A model generated the notes under the pieces. It worked only from the letters and a program-made list of their open reading frames with translations, did no database searches and was not told the origin of the DNA. DNA of 37,948 nucleotides, taken from positions 1-37,948 of the IMG/VR virus record IMGVR_UViG_3300014872_000006, one strand, 5' to 3'. The DNA comes from a virus (lineage: Duplodnaviria > Caudoviricetes). This document shows, piece after piece, positions 1 through 8,185 of the stretch. The position numbers and the translations under genes are program-made. Positions within the stretch are counted from its first letter, which is position 1, and every line of letters starts with the position of its first letter.

Positions 1-95
1 AGCTCCATGATGGCGTCGAGCTTCTCTTGCATGATCGCCCACGGCATCGACTGCACGGCTTTCATGATCCCGGGGATCTTGAGTCGCATCGTCAT
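1..95 (-). CDS. S49-family head maturation protease (lambda gpC-like), N-terminal part only; runs off the window
   Basis: Not in the ORF track. Translates as MTMRLKIPGIMKAVQSMPWAIMQEKLDAIME; PWAI..EKL..I is typical of phage S49 N-termini. GAGGAG RBS; directly follows the portal. Confidence 0.7.
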   Translation of the reverse strand, partial: MTMRLKIPGIMKAVQSMPWAIMQEKLDAIME

Positions 96-105
96 CGGCT
101 ACTCC

Positions 106-1671
106 TCAGTTCCGTTCCGCATGTACGAGACGATGGTTGCCGTTGCGCTTCGCCGGCTGTTCGTCATCGTCGTCGTAAAGCGCGCGTGCAAACGCGGCAT
201 CCGATGCTGTCGGAGCCGGCGAGATCGGCACGCCGTATTCCTCCGACAGTTCCTTCTCGTGACGCAGTTCCTCGAGGGTTTCTTCGAAGTCGCGGCCCTG
301 CTCGCCAGCTAGGCGCGTACGGCTGTCGAGTCCCAGCTCGAGCATTTTCTCCGCCGCGAGCGCGTCCTTCAGCGGATCCACCCATTGCCATCCACGCGGC
401 TGCCACACGTGCTCGAGATACTCGCGGTAGTCGTAGGAAGGCAGCTTGAGCCCACCTACCGTCACGGACCACTTGAGCCATTCCGGGTAGATCAGCTCGT
501 GCAGGTGCTCGATCGTGTGCACCTGGGCGAGACGCCAGCGATCGCGCTCGGTGATGAGGCCCGCGCGGATCGAGCTGTAGTTCACGCCCTCGAGGTCATT
601 GGCCAGCGTGTTGTAGCTGACTCCGTAGCCGGAGGCCTGCGTGCGGAGTTGTGATTTGACGAAGTCTGGATAGCCCGCGGCCGGATAGTCCGGCTCCCAG
701 GGGTGCAGATCGTAGCCGGTGATGTCCTCGAACGTGCCAGGCGATGCGTCCATGGTGAGCGGGCCATCATTACCCGGCGCGTCCGGATCATCCTCTTCAT
801 CGTTCTTGCGGGAGAAGAAACCCATCTTCGACGCGCCGACGCGGCACGCCACGAGATACGCTTCCTGGAAGCCGTTCAGCATTCGCGATGAGATGATGAC
901 CGGCGCTGCCCACGGCACGCCGCGCGTCTGACCCGGCCGTTCCACCATGAACAGGTGGATCATCTGATCGGCCGGAATGCGGATTCGCTCGCGGTCGAAG
1001 CGTGAGTCGGATGGGTGCGAGGACCAGCAGTGGTAGGCTACCGCTGCGCCCCACTTGTCGATCTCGATGCCGAGCCGGATTTCGTTAACACCGCGGCTCG
1101 CCGGCCGGTTGTAGTCGATGTCCAGTTGATCCGGATCCAGCAGTTGCAGCGCGAAGCCGTACGCGTTGTCGAATCCCGGCAGCATGCGCACAAGCGCTTC
1201 GCCATCCTGCGCCTCTGTCCGCACGGCGAGCTGCTGGATGCCAATCCAGGACAACCGCCGATCCGCGGATGCACACTTCGGCTTTCCCCACTCGTGCCAC
1301 GCGGCCTCGATCGTTCGGTTGATGAGTTTGTCGGGCTTGTCATCGAACCCGCGGACTCGCGCCTGCAGCCCGATCCCCCATGGTCCGATGACGTTCTCTT
1401 CCACCAGGCCGAGGAACCGCTTGCCATACGCGTCGTTGCGGCCGATCTCGCGCGCGCGGGCGCGCAGTTTCTTCAGGTCACCGCGGATCTCCTGGCTGGC
1501 GGATCGCAGCTGAGCCAGCGTCCAGTCGGCGGTAAGCCGGTTCTCGACAGCGCCGCTGAATGAGTTTGCACGACGCTTGACATGGACGTGCCGTTGCGGG
1601 AACGGACTGCCCAGCCACCACGATTTGAATGCGGCCGCTGCGCCTCGCAGGCCTGAGTCACGGCGCGACAA
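106..1671 (-). CDS. Phage portal protein, lambda gpB family
   Basis: LRARAREIGRND, DGEALVR, RPGQTRGVPW, VNYSSIRAG and WQWVDPLKD motifs; lies between terL and the protease. Confidence 0.95.
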   Translation of the reverse strand: MSRRDSGLRGAAAAFKSWWLGSPFPQRHVHVKRRANSFSGAVENRLTADWTLAQLRSASQEIRGDLKKLRARAREIGRNDAYGKRFLGLVEENVIGPWGIGLQARVRGFDDKPDKLINRTIEAAWHEWGKPKCASADRRLSWIGIQQLAVRTEAQDGEALVRMLPGFDNAYGFALQLLDPDQLDIDYNRPASRGVNEIRLGIEIDKWGAAVAYHCWSSHPSDSRFDRERIRIPADQMIHLFMVERPGQTRGVPWAAPVIISSRMLNGFQEAYLVACRVGASKMGFFSRKNDEEDDPDAPGNDGPLTMDASPGTFEDITGYDLHPWEPDYPAAGYPDFVKSQLRTQASGYGVSYNTLANDLEGVNYSSIRAGLITERDRWRLAQVHTIEHLHELIYPEWLKWSVTVGGLKLPSYDYREYLEHVWQPRGWQWVDPLKDALAAEKMLELGLDSRTRLAGEQGRDFEETLEELRHEKELSEEYGVPISPAPTASDAAFARALYDDDDEQPAKRNGNHRLVHAERN

Positions 1672-2200
1672 ATGTCACCTCGACAGACCGGCCTAGGCGC
1701 CCGGGACTCCGTTGCCTCCGCACTCGTCGCTCCCACTTCGTAAGCTCGGTCGACAGCTCCGTGAACTTGATCTTGTTTACCATTCGAGTCTCGACCTGGT
1801 AGCTCTCGACGTCTGCGATTGCGCGGCCTTCCAGGCGGGCACGCAGCACGTCGACCATACGCTCGGCGTGCGTCTTCTCGTTGACGGCGGTAGACGGATT
1901 GCGCCTGACCTCGATCGCGCCTTCTTCCGCCGTGACCCGGTCTGCGCCCCTCGTGAAGTAGATCGCCCAACGGTAGGCGCCCTCCGCTATCACGAACGCA
2001 GAGGCCGGAACCTTGAACTTGTACGTGTCGCCTGCAGTGGTTACGTGCCCGGCCAGCGAAGTGAAGTCGGTGCCTCCTCTCAGGATTAGCGTTGGAGTCC
2101 ACGCATCAGCGACAGGAAAATCCGAGTTCGAATAGTCGAACTCGAGCGTATCGCCGGAAACGATCTGCGCCGGAACGCCGATCGGGATCGCGCGGCTCAA
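1658..2200 (-). CDS. Head completion / head-tail joining protein (gpW position)
   Basis: TTG start at 2200 with GGGAGA RBS; C-terminal SYQVETRMVNKI..EL resembles the proteins found between terL and portal in lambda-like phages. Confidence 0.6.
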   Translation of the reverse strand: MSRAIPIGVPAQIVSGDTLEFDYSNSDFPVADAWTPTLILRGGTDFTSLAGHVTTAGDTYKFKVPASAFVIAEGAYRWAIYFTRGADRVTAEEGAIEVRRNPSTAVNEKTHAERMVDVLRARLEGRAIADVESYQVETRMVNKIKFTELSTELTKWERRVRRQRSPGRLGRSVEVTFVAP

Positions 2201-2224
2201 GGCGTCGGTCTCCCAAGAAATGAC

Positions 2225-2268
2225 AAAAGGGGCCGTGCCCACCAGGTGCTGCCGGTGAACATGACCCC
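2225..2268 (-). terminator. Intrinsic terminator-like hairpin between terL and the head genes
   Basis: Minus strand GGGGTCATGTTCACCGG-CAGCAC-CTGGTGGGCACGGCCCC (17-bp imperfect stem) followed by TTTT. Confidence 0.5.
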
Positions 2269-2291
2269 GTCGGGGTGCAAACTCTGGTTCC

Positions 2292-2321
2292 AAGCTACGT
2301 GAAACGCCGTGTGCAAGTCAA
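2292..2321 (-). promoter_or_regulatory. Candidate sigma70-type late promoter
   Basis: TTGACT-N18-TAGCTT on the minus strand in the gap after terL. Confidence 0.4.
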
Positions 2322-2337
2322 CGACCACTCCCACTAC

Positions 2338-4203
2338 CTACCAGCGATTGACCCAGCTCGAGGGCCGCGACGTACGCCGTGATCTGGCCTGCTGGGGCAC
2401 CGTATTCGGCGCTTCCGGTTCATCCGGGTCGTCCTCTTCGACCTCGATCGTTTTCAGCCGCTCTTCCATCTCCGCGCACAACCGGTTGAGCTTCGGCGCA
2501 AGTCCTACGAACGCTCCCAGAGCCAGGACGCGACAATCGAGCGCTTCGTTGCGCACGCCGTCCGGCTTGACCCAGATGCGCGTCGGGAAGCCGCGCGTGT
2601 AACGCGTGACAACCTTTTCTGAAGTCAGCTGCGCGAAATAATCCTCGTCGTAGCGATCGGGGAAGTGGCAGTATCCCGTGCCGTGCTCCTGGAGCTGCAG
2701 ACGGGCATACACGAGCGCCTTCGCCGTATCGACGCCGAGCGGGAAGAGCGGGACCTTCGCTTTGTTGTTCCGCGACGGCTTGCCCATGATGAGCCGTCCG
2801 GGCCCGCCCATACCCTTGGTCGCCCAGACCTTCCTGCCCCAGCGCTCCTTGCAGAACTTGTACACGGCCTGCGTATGGTGGCCACCCGAGTCGATGCAGG
2901 TGGCACGGATGGGCAGTTGGATTCCCGCGGGATGCGCGAACGTGCCGCGCAGTTCGGTATCGAGGTCCTTCCAGAGCGCCGGCGCTGATGGATCCCCGTT
3001 GAGCACGCGGTAGTCGATCGACCAGGTCTCTTCATCGCGGCCCCACCCCACAATCTCCAACTCGAAGCGATCGTCCTGCACGTCGACGCCAGCAGTGATC
3101 ACGACCACGCCGTGCGGCAGCGGCTCGGCTTCATAATTCTCGCGCCGCTCCAGCAGGCCGGTCTTGTCGATCGAGAGCGCCTTTTCTTTCCACGTCTCAC
3201 CGAGCGACAGGTTCACGAACGACTTTAGCTTCTCCGGTCGTTTCTGCGCGCGCAGCCATTTGCGCACAATCTTTTCGAGTGGCGCCATGAGCGACACCAT
3301 CGCGGGTGCGTGGAATCCAGCGATGCCTTCGAAGGCGCGCTCAGCACGCCACTCTCCGTGCGTGATGTTCCGGTACCGCTCGCCATCAGACCAGGGCGAG
3401 CCGCAGTCCCTGCACACGTACACGGCCGACGCTGCGTTGCCGGAGTCCCAGTGCACCTGCGACCAGGTGAGAGGCTGCCAGTGCGTGCAGTGGTGGCAGG
3501 GCACGTACCACCGGCGCCGATCGCTCGCGTCATACTCCTCGCTGATGCGGCTCAGGCCTTCCGTGGTAGGCGTGCTCGACTTGTAGATTTTGCGACGGCG
3601 GAACCGCTCGGTGCGCTCTTCAGCCAGCGCCACGGGATCGCCCTCGCCATCCACATCCTCGGGGTATCCGTCGATTTCATCCAGGTGCAGATAACAGATG
3701 GGCATGGACCTCAGTGTGGCCGCCGAGTTCGCGCCGCCAATGATCAGCACGCCGCCCGGAAATTCCTTGAGGTCTAGCGTGTTGCCGCCGTCCTTACTGC
3801 GCGGCGCCACGATCTTGCGGCGCAGGATCCCATCCTTCGCGTTCTCGATGAGCGGTGCCACACGCTGCCGGCTGTAGCGTGTGCCGACCATAGTGGTGGG
3901 CTGCACGACCAGCATCGGGCCTGGCGTCTGGTCGACGACGTAGCCGATCCAGTTGAGCCCGGCCTCGGTCGCACCAATCTGCGCGGCCTTCACGAAGACA
4001 ACGGTGTGTGCCGGGTGGGAAGGGGAGAGACAGTCCATGATTTCGCGGAGATGCGGCACTCGGTCGGTGCGCCACGGTCCCGGCTCGGGCGATTCCTTCG
4101 AGGTCAGCACGCGATATTCATCCGCCCAGGATGAGACGGTGCGCTCCGGATCCGGCCGCATTGCGATGGCAGCCGAGCGGTACAGGCCTGCGACGGGGTT
4201 CAC
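2338..4203 (-). CDS. terL: Terminase large subunit, lambda gpA family
   Basis: PGPWRTDRVP, KAAQIGATE, LDEIDGY, SSTPT, CxxC and AGVDVQDDR..RNEALDC motifs. GTG start at 4203 overlaps the terS stop. Confidence 0.95.
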   Translation of the reverse strand: MNPVAGLYRSAAIAMRPDPERTVSSWADEYRVLTSKESPEPGPWRTDRVPHLREIMDCLSPSHPAHTVVFVKAAQIGATEAGLNWIGYVVDQTPGPMLVVQPTTMVGTRYSRQRVAPLIENAKDGILRRKIVAPRSKDGGNTLDLKEFPGGVLIIGGANSAATLRSMPICYLHLDEIDGYPEDVDGEGDPVALAEERTERFRRRKIYKSSTPTTEGLSRISEEYDASDRRRWYVPCHHCTHWQPLTWSQVHWDSGNAASAVYVCRDCGSPWSDGERYRNITHGEWRAERAFEGIAGFHAPAMVSLMAPLEKIVRKWLRAQKRPEKLKSFVNLSLGETWKEKALSIDKTGLLERRENYEAEPLPHGVVVITAGVDVQDDRFELEIVGWGRDEETWSIDYRVLNGDPSAPALWKDLDTELRGTFAHPAGIQLPIRATCIDSGGHHTQAVYKFCKERWGRKVWATKGMGGPGRLIMGKPSRNNKAKVPLFPLGVDTAKALVYARLQLQEHGTGYCHFPDRYDEDYFAQLTSEKVVTRYTRGFPTRIWVKPDGVRNEALDCRVLALGAFVGLAPKLNRLCAEMEERLKTIEVEEDDPDEPEAPNTVPQQARSRRTSRPSSWVNRW

Positions 4204-4781
4204 GCCGCGGCCTCCGGCGGTGCGTCCAGCTTCTCGAGCTCTTCCGCGGCAGCCAGCGCGTCGAGGTCGTGAGCGATCGCGTCCAGCACGTTCCGTAACT
4301 CGCGCGTCAGCATCCCGTGCAGCGCCGCGGGATCCGTTTCCAGCGCGAGCGGATCCGCCAGCCGGTCCGCCAGGCCCAACGTGCGATCGCGCACGATGCG
4401 CAGCGTCTTGAACCACGCGGCCCGAGTCACGTCCGCATCGACCACTTTGCCGAGTTCACGCTCAAGCTCCAGCTCTTTCAGCTTGGCCTTGATCGTCTCG
4501 TGATCGATGCGCGCGGCCGTGAGCGATCGCTGCTGGCCGGACGCTTCGGTCTCTGCCGGCGGCTTGTCTGCGGGCGCCTTGGCCGCAGCTCTGCGATTGG
4601 TGTTGGCTGCCCACGCCTGATCCGCCACTTCCACGTCGATCTTGCCGTCCGGATCGCGCTTGATGCGGCCTTCCTTGATGGCCTGGAGTACCGTCGGATG
4701 GGCGCAACCGCGGTGACGGGCGTACGCGCGCACGCCCAGACGCAGCTTCTTGCCTCTGCCTCGCTTATCGCCGGTAGGCAA
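4200..4781 (-). CDS. terS: Terminase small subunit (Nu1-like)
   Basis: N-terminal RAYARHRG..V..AIKEGRI..DGKID HTH, then AKLKELELERELGKVV; immediately upstream of terL. Confidence 0.85.
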   Translation of the reverse strand: MPTGDKRGRGKKLRLGVRAYARHRGCAHPTVLQAIKEGRIKRDPDGKIDVEVADQAWAANTNRRAAAKAPADKPPAETEASGQQRSLTAARIDHETIKAKLKELELERELGKVVDADVTRAAWFKTLRIVRDRTLGLADRLADPLALETDPAALHGMLTRELRNVLDAIAHDLDALAAAEELEKLDAPPEAAA

Positions 4782-4809
4782 TTTTCAGAACCTCAGACGA
4801 GCCAGGCAT

Positions 4810-4855
4810 TGGAGTCGTGCGAACCCCATGAGAATTTTGGCTGGATGGGACCCGC
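4810..4855 (-). other. Candidate cos site (cosQ/cosN-like)
   Basis: Minus strand CGGGTCCCATCC..ATGGGGTTCGCACGACTCC just upstream of terS resembles lambda CGGGTCCTTTCC..ACGGGGCGGCGACCT. Confidence 0.45.
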
Positions 4856-4864
4856 TCGTTTGTC

Positions 4865-5540
4865 TCAGCATACGTGCCCATGAAGCGCCGCATGACAATC
4901 GGCACAAAAGCCATTCCACGCGAAGCGGATACTCGTAATTATCATGGTGAGCATGCAGGCGGTGACGAGGTGGCTTGTGTCCGCAGTCAGAGCAGGCTGC
5001 GGGTCGCGTCACCCAGCCGAGTTGGGTCCCGTGGCTGACCTTGTGCCTGGCCTGCTTCTCGGTCATTCCTGGGCAATGGAGATCAGCACTCCAGAGAAGG
5101 GGGCGGATGGCTTCAGCTATCGAGTGATTCAGTTCACGCTGCAGCCGGAGTTCGATTCGTCGAGCAGCTCTGAAGGCAAGGCGATCATCGCGCGTCCGAT
5201 GGGTGCAGCCAATTCGCGCTACACGCCTTGACCTCTCAGCTTGCCTACCTTCCGTCGATCGTGAGGGCAGTCTCGCGTGACATGCCTTGCACCAGGTCTG
5301 GTATCCGTCAGTGCCGGTCTTGGTCTTACTGAAGTCGGCGATCCCCTTCAGCACCCCGCATTTAGTGCACAGCTTGGCCAGCGTCTGGGTCTTGGTACGC
5401 GCCACGCGCTGTCGATATTTGCACTGCTCACATGTGTGTGAGCGATACCTTGCTTCGACGAGTCTAAACGACTCCAGTGGCTTGGCTTGTCGACACGCTC
5501 GGCACACCCTCAGATCGGCAACCGGTTCAGTTGCAGTCAT
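4865..5540 (-). pseudogene. Zn-binding HNH-type endonuclease with a 1-nt frameshift near the C-terminus
   Basis: Multiple CxxC motifs and HAHHDNYEYPLRVEWL. Removing one T from CTTTT (4906-4910) gives the canonical WLCADCHAALH with a stop at 4865. ATG at 5540 with GGGAGAG RBS. Confidence 0.7.
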
Positions 5541-5615
5541 TCGCGCTCTCCCTGCGGATTCATTTCGCCGACTTACAACGATTGCACCGCTAACCGCGAT
5601 CAAACAACACTTGGC

Positions 5616-5951
5616 TCAGCCTCTCAATTGTTGCGCTGTTACGATCATGTCAAGTTCCTCCAGGAGTGTGCGCGGATCGACGTCGCGATCTTTCGCGATC
5701 GTGGCTTGTTCGGGCGAGAGGTGCACAACGGCGCAGAGTTCGGAGTAGAGGCCAATCACGTAATTCCACTGCGCACACGTCGTCCGATTTCTGTTCGTGC
5801 CTCTTCGTCGACCGCAGTGAATCAGAACTGCGCCGCCCGGCTTGGTACGTACTCGATGCCTATGCGATGACAGCACGCTGCCGCACCCAGAACACACGGG
5901 CGCTTCTGCAGGGCAGAGCGCAATGAGCGGCAACCGGTTGATCACCATCAC
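5616..5951 (-). CDS. Hypothetical zinc-ribbon protein
   Basis: CSGC and later C..C pairs; start overlaps the upstream stop. Confidence 0.55.
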   Translation of the reverse strand: MMVINRLPLIALCPAEAPVCSGCGSVLSSHRHRVRTKPGGAVLIHCGRRRGTNRNRTTCAQWNYVIGLYSELCAVVHLSPEQATIAKDRDVDPRTLLEELDMIVTAQQLRG

Positions 5952-6214
5952 CCGTGCGGTCCAGGCAAGACCAGCCCACCACTCCGAAGGATTCGGCTCG
6001 AGCTCATGCCCGCCTGGCGTGCGGCATCGAGAGCCGTATCCAGCAGCTCGGGCTCGCGCACACGGGCCGAGACGCGAAGGCGATACACCTTGCCGTCGTG
6101 TTCAATAAATAGCGGCACGAGCTTGCCGGTCCTGTTGTCCGTCAGGGTCACCACGCCGGGCGTGAACGTCTCGCGCTCGCCCTGCGCCTCAGCATTCCGT
6201 TTCGCTTCACCCAT
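5948..6214 (-). CDS. Hypothetical protein
   Basis: Coupled ORF in the operon; MGEAKR start is common in phage proteins. Confidence 0.6.
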   Translation of the reverse strand: MGEAKRNAEAQGERETFTPGVVTLTDNRTGKLVPLFIEHDGKVYRLRVSARVREPELLDTALDAARQAGMSSSRILRSGGLVLPGPHG

Positions 6215-6386
6215 TTATTGGTCTTTCCCTCGGGCGCAGACATAGCACGCACATCCACACGCCAATGTATTTGCGCAGCGGCCGGTGATCGAGACACTGG
6301 CAGACGCGTCGACGTTTCTGGTATTCCCGCTCACGATCGCGGAGCTTCTGCAAGGCCTCGACATGGTTGATATGCTCAGATAGCAC
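6207..6386 (-). CDS. Small Cys-rich hypothetical protein (59 aa, not in the ORF track)
   Basis: GTG start with GGAGG RBS; VLSEHINHVEALQKLRDREREYQKRRRVCQCLDH..WMCVLCLRPRERPING; overlaps both neighbours. Confidence 0.55.
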   Translation of the reverse strand: MLSEHINHVEALQKLRDREREYQKRRRVCQCLDHRPLRKYIGVWMCVLCLRPRERPING

Positions 6387-6849
6387 GACGCCCTCCGTTC
6401 AGTGTGTCGTGAGCGACCACGGCCACAGCCAGAGCCGACCATGCATCACCCGAGACACCGTGCGTCGGCCCAGGATCCTTCTTCGTCCCTGGCGCCCCCA
6501 GCATATCAATGAGCGCCTGCCGGATGTTGGCGTCTTTCGCACGCGGGGTCTTGCACAGGTGCATCTTCACGTCGTGCCGGTAGACCAGCAGCACGTCGTC
6601 GGGCCGCGCGCTCGCCTGCTGGAAACGGCCGATCCAGCGGACCGTCTCAAAGACTTCCTTGCCGACCGCCATGCCGAAACTCGCCACCATCTCGATTGCG
6701 ATCACCGCGACTGACGTGCGCACCACGCGCAACAAATCGTGATTATCCCTCTTGCCAGCTTCAACCACCTTGCCGTCGCGAAAATAGACGTATCCCGATT
6801 CGACAGGGCCTGGATCTATCGCCAGGATCAACGGGTTCAACGGGTTCAT
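6376..6849 (-). CDS. RuvC-like Holliday junction resolvase
   Basis: ILAIDPG..SG, IAIE, VK..LC...AKD and D.WSALAVA RNase H-fold motifs. Confidence 0.85.
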   Translation of the reverse strand: MNPLNPLILAIDPGPVESGYVYFRDGKVVEAGKRDNHDLLRVVRTSVAVIAIEMVASFGMAVGKEVFETVRWIGRFQQASARPDDVLLVYRHDVKMHLCKTPRAKDANIRQALIDMLGAPGTKKDPGPTHGVSGDAWSALAVAVVAHDTLNGGRRAI

Positions 6850-6868
6850 CGTTTCAAAAGGGCGGGGA

Positions 6869-7384
6869 TCATTCCTCACCGCCCGGGCAGAGGATGGAGA
6901 AAGCCTGGCCCTGCAGTGAGAGCAGAACGCTGCGCGGCGTGCGTTTGATTGTGAGCTCGATCCGGAATGACCCGTCAGGATTGGGCGTCGCCTCCCATGT
7001 GCCGATCTCGGATTGGATGGTGCAGCCGACAGCTTTGCCTGAGGGTTTTGCGCGGGTGGCCTGGTCCTTGTTCGGCACAGGCGATTTCATCGGAACCTCA
7101 GCAGCCTTCGGCGCCGGTACGGTGTCGCCATTGGCATGCCGCGGCTGGATTGGGACCGGAGTGGTGGCCATTTCCGTGTGCAGTTTGGCGTAGCGCCAGT
7201 AGACAGTGTACCAGGTCGCCGACGTCAGGCTCACCCCGAATTGCTTCTTGATCTCCTCAAACACCTTCGACCCGCGGGCGCCATCGCGGCAACGCTTCAA
7301 GGCGATCTGTTTGATCTGTTCGCGCAACTCCGGCGTCAGCAGGTGCGGCCGCGCCTCCCTCATGTACTCCGGCATGTTGCTCAC
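6869..7384 (-). CDS. Hypothetical putative DNA-binding protein
   Basis: wHTH-like N-terminus (VFEEIKKQFGVSLT), Pro/Lys linker and a small beta-rich C-domain. Confidence 0.6.
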   Translation of the reverse strand: MSNMPEYMREARPHLLTPELREQIKQIALKRCRDGARGSKVFEEIKKQFGVSLTSATWYTVYWRYAKLHTEMATTPVPIQPRHANGDTVPAPKAAEVPMKSPVPNKDQATRAKPSGKAVGCTIQSEIGTWEATPNPDGSFRIELTIKRTPRSVLLSLQGQAFSILCPGGEE

Positions 7385-7587
7385 AGCTTCCCCCGCTTCA
7401 GCTCCACCACGTTATTCCGATCGGAATGGGCGAGCTCTTCGCGCTCCAGCTGCTGCGCGAGGTCAGCGCGATCGAGCCGGCGAAGCTCAGCGCACACGTG
7501 CTCGACGCGCAGCCGGCGCAGGATGTCGGCCATGCGTTGGCGGGGCGGGGAAGGCCAGGGCGCGCGGATGAACTGGAAGATCCGCAT
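7381..7587 (-). CDS. Hypothetical protein
   Basis: Coupled start and stop overlaps in the operon. Confidence 0.55.
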   Translation of the reverse strand: MRIFQFIRAPWPSPPRQRMADILRRLRVEHVCAELRRLDRADLAQQLEREELAHSDRNNVVELKRGKL

Positions 7588-7829
7588 CAGTTACGCAGCC
7601 ATGCGTCGACGTCCTCATGATCGACCACGTACCTGATGGCCTCGGTGCGCTCTTTTTCGTACGCGGATAGCCTGGCCACGTCGCCGGAGTGCCTGAATCG
7701 CCGCCATGCATCGGATACGCGCCGCTGCAGTGTCGTCGGCAGGATCTTCCAGTGCGGTTGACACATCAGCCGGTCGCCGAAGATCTCGCGATCGCAACCG
7801 GGAATCGAACAGTGGTGGAGCTCGATCAT
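7587..7829 (-). CDS. Phage zinc-binding hypothetical protein
   Basis: C..PGC..LMC..HW..LP motif common in small phage proteins. Confidence 0.65.
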   Translation of the reverse strand: MIELHHCSIPGCDREIFGDRLMCQPHWKILPTTLQRRVSDAWRRFRHSGDVARLSAYEKERTEAIRYVVDHEDVDAWLRN

Positions 7830-8185
7830 TCGGACCTCCGCGGCTCGCTCAGCATCATGGCGATGCCACGAGCACTCTCAACGTGGCGGCGCTCCCAGTT
7901 CTGGATTCCGAAATGCCTGGCGAAGGTGTCGACCTCCTGCTCGAATTTCACGACGCCCTCGGGTGTGGCGGGTCTGCTGGAGCGTGCAATGCGCACCACA
8001 CGTCTGTCGGAGCGGCCGAGCGCGACGAGTGCGCCGCTTGGCAGAATGCGATAGACAGGCTCACTGGTTGTCTCTTCGAGCATCAGCTCGGCATTCAGCA
8101 CGTTCCACAGCGTGAACAAGGTGCCTCCGGACCAGCGTTTTTCTGGTTTGCACTTGTTGAAGTCGGGGTGAGTGGTGCGGCTCAT
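7826..8185 (-). CDS. Hypothetical protein
   Basis: ATG at 8185 overlaps the DnaB stop (ATGA). Confidence 0.6.
   Translation of the reverse strand: MSRTTHPDFNKCKPEKRWSGGTLFTLWNVLNAELMLEETTSEPVYRILPSGALVALGRSDRRVVRIARSSRPATPEGVVKFEQEVDTFARHFGIQNWERRHVESARGIAMMLSEPRRSE

Noticed and set aside
4203-4416. N-terminal extensions in the ORF track (terL, NucS-like, metallopeptidase, Gp3-like and others)
   Set aside because: They overlap upstream genes; downstream starts have RBSs or 4-nt coupling overlaps.
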